A DNA stretch of 64,000 bases from Eutreptiella sp. 'Long Island Sound 2002' (taxonomy: Eukaryota; Protista; Euglenida). The stretch lies in the NCBI GenBank assembly GCA_964036045.1, contig OZ038378.1:166284001-166348000 (forward strand), given 5' to 3'. The number at the start of each line of letters is the position of its first letter. Within the stretch, counting starts at the first letter, position 1. The notes beneath the pieces were generated by a model. The model saw only the letters and a list, made by a program, of their open reading frames with translations, ran no database searches and had not been told where the DNA came from. Below, in pieces: positions 60,090-64,000 of the stretch. Position numbers and translations under genes: made by a program.

Positions 60090-60704
60090 TAGCCCATCAC
60101 ACATACGATAATTGCCTCGGCGAGTGAAGACGAAACCCCACATTGTCTGAGGAAGGGATGCCACGAGGGTCTCGAGGAATGAGGACACATGTAACCGGTA
60201 TAGCCATCATACTATAGCGGTATCATCCACGACCTGTGCGCCTTCCAGGGGGGGTTGGAACCCGGGGGGGGGGGGGGGGCACGTAGAAACGTGTCACGGG
60301 TGGTGTATGCGAGTCCTGTATCCGTTGCTCATGGCCTCAGGCAAATCTTCTGCTCCCCACCAGCAGGGAGGTCGTTTTTTTCAAAGCTCTCACTTTAGGG
60401 TAGAAGGGAATGGGTGTCACGGTGCTCTCGGGGTTGGACGCCAGGTCCGCCTCCCACGCATGCGATGGGACCGGCCCAGCCTCCGGTCTTCGACCCCAAG
60501 GGGGCAGAATGACTTTGGAAGCAGGTGGCCCAAAAAACGGTTATTATGGGGACGGCAACGTAGCATACCTTACATGCACCGCACACACACTCCACGGATC
60601 ATGGGTTCGAACCCCGGTTGGCCTACCACAAAGTTGTCGCTTTTGTCCGTTTTTGTGAGGGATGTGGTGAAACATTGCATCCATAAGTGCAAGGTTTATG
60701 TCTA

Positions 60705-61680
60705 ACCGGCGCCTATGGGAGGGGGTTGAGCTAACCCAGATAGCCCCCGCCTTTTTTTTTTTTGCAACATTTGATAGCCGTATTGTATGGCGCAAGGCAA
60801 AATTCGACACCGATCTGGTTTGCGCTGCAGTGTAGCAAGTCAAAACAACGTATTGTGGAACCCTCGTTTGTACTATATGCCCTACATCTTGGTCCAGGCT
60901 GATGCCTAAGAGCTCATACTGTACTCCGCAGAACTGTTGAGCCTGTGAGGGAAAAAAAATGTATTGAGATTCATAGCTATGACCATATGCTTGTGTCACA
61001 GGGGTATATGCGAGCTCAGTATCCGTTGCTCATGGCCCTTGCTCCCCCCTCCACTGAAACCCGGGATGTTCCTAGGTCCTCTCAAGGGAGCCCTTTGTGG
61101 GGGCCATGAAGCAACGATGAAGAGCTCACATACACACCCGTGTCAAAGGTAAGGGATGGTCATCGCTTTTTGGCCATGACGCCAAAATTTTGGAATAACT
61201 AGCATGATCCTGACCTCATGCCAGACTCAATCAGTTCGATAGCAACAAGTTCTTCAGCACTGCAACACTTCCAAACCAGTACCGAAGGTTGCCTTGAGGT
61301 TGCCCAAAGGCTATCGAATGTTTCTTAGGCTTCTTGGGGGAGGGGGGGGGGTCGAGCCAAGGGGCTCCCATGACCCCCCGACCCCGCCTCTAGATCCGGA
61401 TATGCCACAGGTCGTGCAGGCTGCAGATGGGATGTGCATGACTAACCGGCGCCTGTGGGAGAGGTGAGAGCTGACCCAGATGGCCCAAGGAAAATTTGTG
61501 CAGTGGTACCAAGGAAAACTCGATGTAGAACTGGATCATGGTGCAGTGCGACAAATCGACACAATGAACTGAGAGTTGTGACTATGACCATAATATGGTC
61601 ATAGTCATAGTCATGGTCATAGTCATATTATACCTGTGTCACGGGGGTGTATGCGAGTCCTGTATCCGTTGCTCATGGCC
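60705..61680 (+). repeat. Two copies of dispersed module Y (also at 56880-57090, partial at 60292-60340, inverted at ~37785-37870)
   Basis: Shared CCGGCGCCT.TGGGAG.GG.TGAGCT.ACCCAGA ... TGTCAC.GGGGT.TATGCGAG...GTATCCGTTGCTCATGGCC. Confidence 0.75.
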
Positions 61681-62405
61681 CCGCCTCTAAAGCGAAAGTC
61701 TAAGCACCCCAAGTTTTAATGTTGTAGCTCTTCTAGATCAATAGCTTTTTTTTGGTGCATCCGCCAGTCCAGAGTTCGGCCCCACGTGGGGAGCGGAATC
61801 ATGGCAAAGCCACGGTGTGTAGTGGCTTGACATGCCGGTTTGTGTGAGGCGTTGACAAACAATCCCTCACATTTCCATTACTGGTACATTCAACCATCAG
61901 GGTATGCCTATTGGCCACGCGTCAGCATGTGACGCTGGGTACACATGCCCTCTCCCATCCTCTGCTCTGCACCGATTCTGCCGTCATGCCTTCACGTCTC
62001 TTGGCCTATCCCTGTCACTCTAAGCGAGCCCTCTCCTTATGTCCTCTCTCTCTCCGTCGTTCATTCAATCCCGTGACATCCCGTGTACAGTGCCTAGTCG
62101 TCTTCCTCATTTGCCCCATAGTATGGAGCGGGATCACAGGAACAAGGGGTTTTTATAGTCAACTGGTAGGGTCATCTCCACTGTTGTCAGGTCCACTCCA
62201 AAGCTTACATCCCACAACGCCTTCAGCGTTCTTAGATGGAACCCAACACCGAGGCCTTGTGCATAGGACTATGCAGCTTCCCATCACAGGCCAACACAGT
62301 ACGGTGAGCCCGGATGGTACGCCACAAAGTTCCAACCAGCTACGGGGGACATTGCCATGCGTTGCATTTTTTGCTGCCGAGAATGTAGAAAATGCATCCG
62401 CATGC

Positions 62406-62430
62406 ACTTTCTGAGAGTCTGTTTTTTTCG
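62406..62430 (+). other. Genomically integrated (relic) euglenid spliced leader
   Basis: ACTTTCTGAGAGTCTGTTTTTTTCG versus the Euglena SL as I recall it, ACTTTCTGAGTGTCTATTTTTTTTCG: two substitutions and one T fewer. It lies 16 nt before the ATG at 62447. Confidence 0.88.
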
Positions 62431-62446
62431 CCGCTTTCTTTGCCAA

Positions 62447-63493
62447 ATGGCCTTTCTCAGCCAGTCGCTTCACCCGACCGCTCTTGACGAGTCGCTTCCG
62501 TACCTCCTTTCGCCCCGGTCTTCTCTCAGCGACGGTGTCAGTTCTGAGGGGCACAGTTCAGACAGTAATGACGCTTCCACCGACGAACGTCCGGAGGATT
62601 TTTGGAAGTCCTTAAAAAGCAAGGGCATCTGCGTGGCTTTCCTGTTTGGCACCTGCGGACGATTTCGCAATCGCTGCAGGTTTCACCACCCCACGCCTGA
62701 AGAGGTTGCGCAAGACACCGAGATTTGTCGTGCAGTGGAAGCTGTGCACGATGGGCACCGCAACCGGCGCTCGGATAGCGGTACGTCAGCAGACGTCATG
62801 AAATCACTTCCCAAGACTCCAGGCACTGTGCCAAGCAAAGAGCACCCGAAAGCCCCTGTGCAGCCAACCAGAAGCACAGAAGCCAAGTCCAATCAAAAGC
62901 TTCAGAACAACGTGGTAATGCTGGAAGGTTTGGAGCTCGATCCGCTAGATCTGCTTTGCCAAGGTGCGTTCAACGGCACCAACGTCCATGTCTACGACGA
63001 GTTACCACGGCTGTACAACAAGGCGATTAGCGGTCTTCACACTTGTCGGATGTTTGTCTCGCATGCGCTGCGCCTGCGACAGGCACTTCCATCCGAGGAG
63101 CATGACAATTTTGATGGAATGTTTTACCGCCTCGTCAAGCAAGGCATCTTGAGGGCCGTGGAGGCGGATTTGAGCACCAACGTCTCCCAGTTGCTGCGGG
63201 GTCGCGGTGTCCGAAGTGTGCATGTTTTGGATGAGGCTCTTCAGCATGAGCTGCTTGCGCCACAGCACGTCGAGGAAATCATGTCACTCCTGTGTGACAA
63301 TCTGGAGAACTGCTGTGTTGCGCAGCAGGATCTACGGCTACTTTTGGTTGGCCATCTTCTTGGGGATGTGTCGCACCGCTTTCACAGGTGCTGCGGTCAT
63401 CTCTTGCGCGTTCTACCGCATTTGAACGTCGCTGAATTCCACACAGACACCCAAGCGGTGCTTGACAGGCTAATTCAGGTGAGCATGATCTGA
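62447..63493 (+). CDS. 348-aa CCCH zinc-finger protein with a helical, possibly MIF4G-like, C-terminal domain; retrocopy
   Basis: 'CVAFLFGTCGRFRNRCRFHH' = C-x7-C-x6-C-x3-H. Open intronless frame directly after a relic SL. The MIF4G call rests on loose pattern similarity only. Confidence 0.75.
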   Translation: MAFLSQSLHPTALDESLPYLLSPRSSLSDGVSSEGHSSDSNDASTDERPEDFWKSLKSKGICVAFLFGTCGRFRNRCRFHHPTPEEVAQDTEICRAVEAVHDGHRNRRSDSGTSADVMKSLPKTPGTVPSKEHPKAPVQPTRSTEAKSNQKLQNNVVMLEGLELDPLDLLCQGAFNGTNVHVYDELPRLYNKAISGLHTCRMFVSHALRLRQALPSEEHDNFDGMFYRLVKQGILRAVEADLSTNVSQLLRGRGVRSVHVLDEALQHELLAPQHVEEIMSLLCDNLENCCVAQQDLRLLLVGHLLGDVSHRFHRCCGHLLRVLPHLNVAEFHTDTQAVLDRLIQVSMI

Positions 63494-64000
63494 CCGCATC
63501 TTCAAACTCTCATACTACCGACAAAGCAGAAGACAATCCCTGTCGACGATCGTCTCGTGTACAGCCCGTATGCCGCCCTGTAGGCCGTTCAGGGAAGGCA
63601 TGCAATGCACTGGGTACTGTCACTGGCGCGCCGCCAGCAGGATGGTGGAAGCCAGAAGCTGAGACACCATGTAAACCTCAAGCCAAAGATACCAGTGCGC
63701 TTGTTCCCTGTGTGCTGAATGTGTAGTATCAAAGGCCGCGCCACCTTTGACGCCCAAGCTTGTTAGTGATCCGAGTGCTGGGCTTCACATTGTCAGCAGA
63801 CCTTTTCTGCTTTGTAGCAGCACGGAGCTTCTATGTCACATCTTCTGTTGCTGTCGCCCCCCGGGACCCCCCCCCCCTCTCCCTCTCACTTTCGAGGTGG
63901 GGGATGGTGTTCGGGTCGATTTCGTGTGGTACTCAGATGAACGTGTTTCGAATCATATTTCTGAGCGCGACCACAGAGCAATGTGCTGTGTGGCGTTTAT

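Noticed and set aside
63476-63484. CAG|GTGAGC splice-donor-like site near the end of the CCCH ORF
   Set aside because: A stop follows four codons later and the gene looks like a processed retrocopy. It cannot be excluded without RNA data.

Overview
This is eukaryotic, repeat-saturated DNA, almost certainly from a photosynthetic euglenid. Two things identify the host: a decayed light-harvesting (LHCII) polyprotein with the euglenid 'SPVAMF(A/T)xxG' inter-unit linker (~19250-21140, minus), and a near-perfect euglenid spliced leader (62406-62430). Only two host-type genes look live. (1) An intronless phytochrome-type hybrid histidine kinase (PAS-GAF-PHY-HisKA-HATPase-REC) is present twice in a ~6 kb direct segmental duplication (4981-10899 and 42944-49449). 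Copy 2 (45327-48584, 1085 aa) is intact, with a bacteriophytochrome/fungal-type N-terminal Cys and an unusual Cys in place of the conserved bilin-pocket His. Copy 1 has a 1-nt deletion just after the N-terminal Cys. (2) A CCCH-finger, possibly MIF4G-like, ORF (62447-63493) is preceded in the genome by a spliced leader, which marks it as a retrocopy. The rest is nested mobile DNA. A full-length 5.74 kb tyrosine-recombinase (YR) retrotransposon (25949-31691) has gag-YR-RT/RNase H order, split direct repeats and a readable GGAATC crossover core. Fragments of two related YR families are also present. An APE-RT LINE family leaves 22-23 bp target-site duplications (TSDs), and one copy appears co-inserted with the LHC cDNA. 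Other elements are RNase H-bearing LINE fragments, a Penelope-like RT, two hAT-type elements with visible terminal inverted repeats (TIRs) and TSDs, and several mini/satellite arrays. Most short ORFs in the supplied track are repeat or antisense artefacts. All calls come from motif recognition by eye; no database searches were run.
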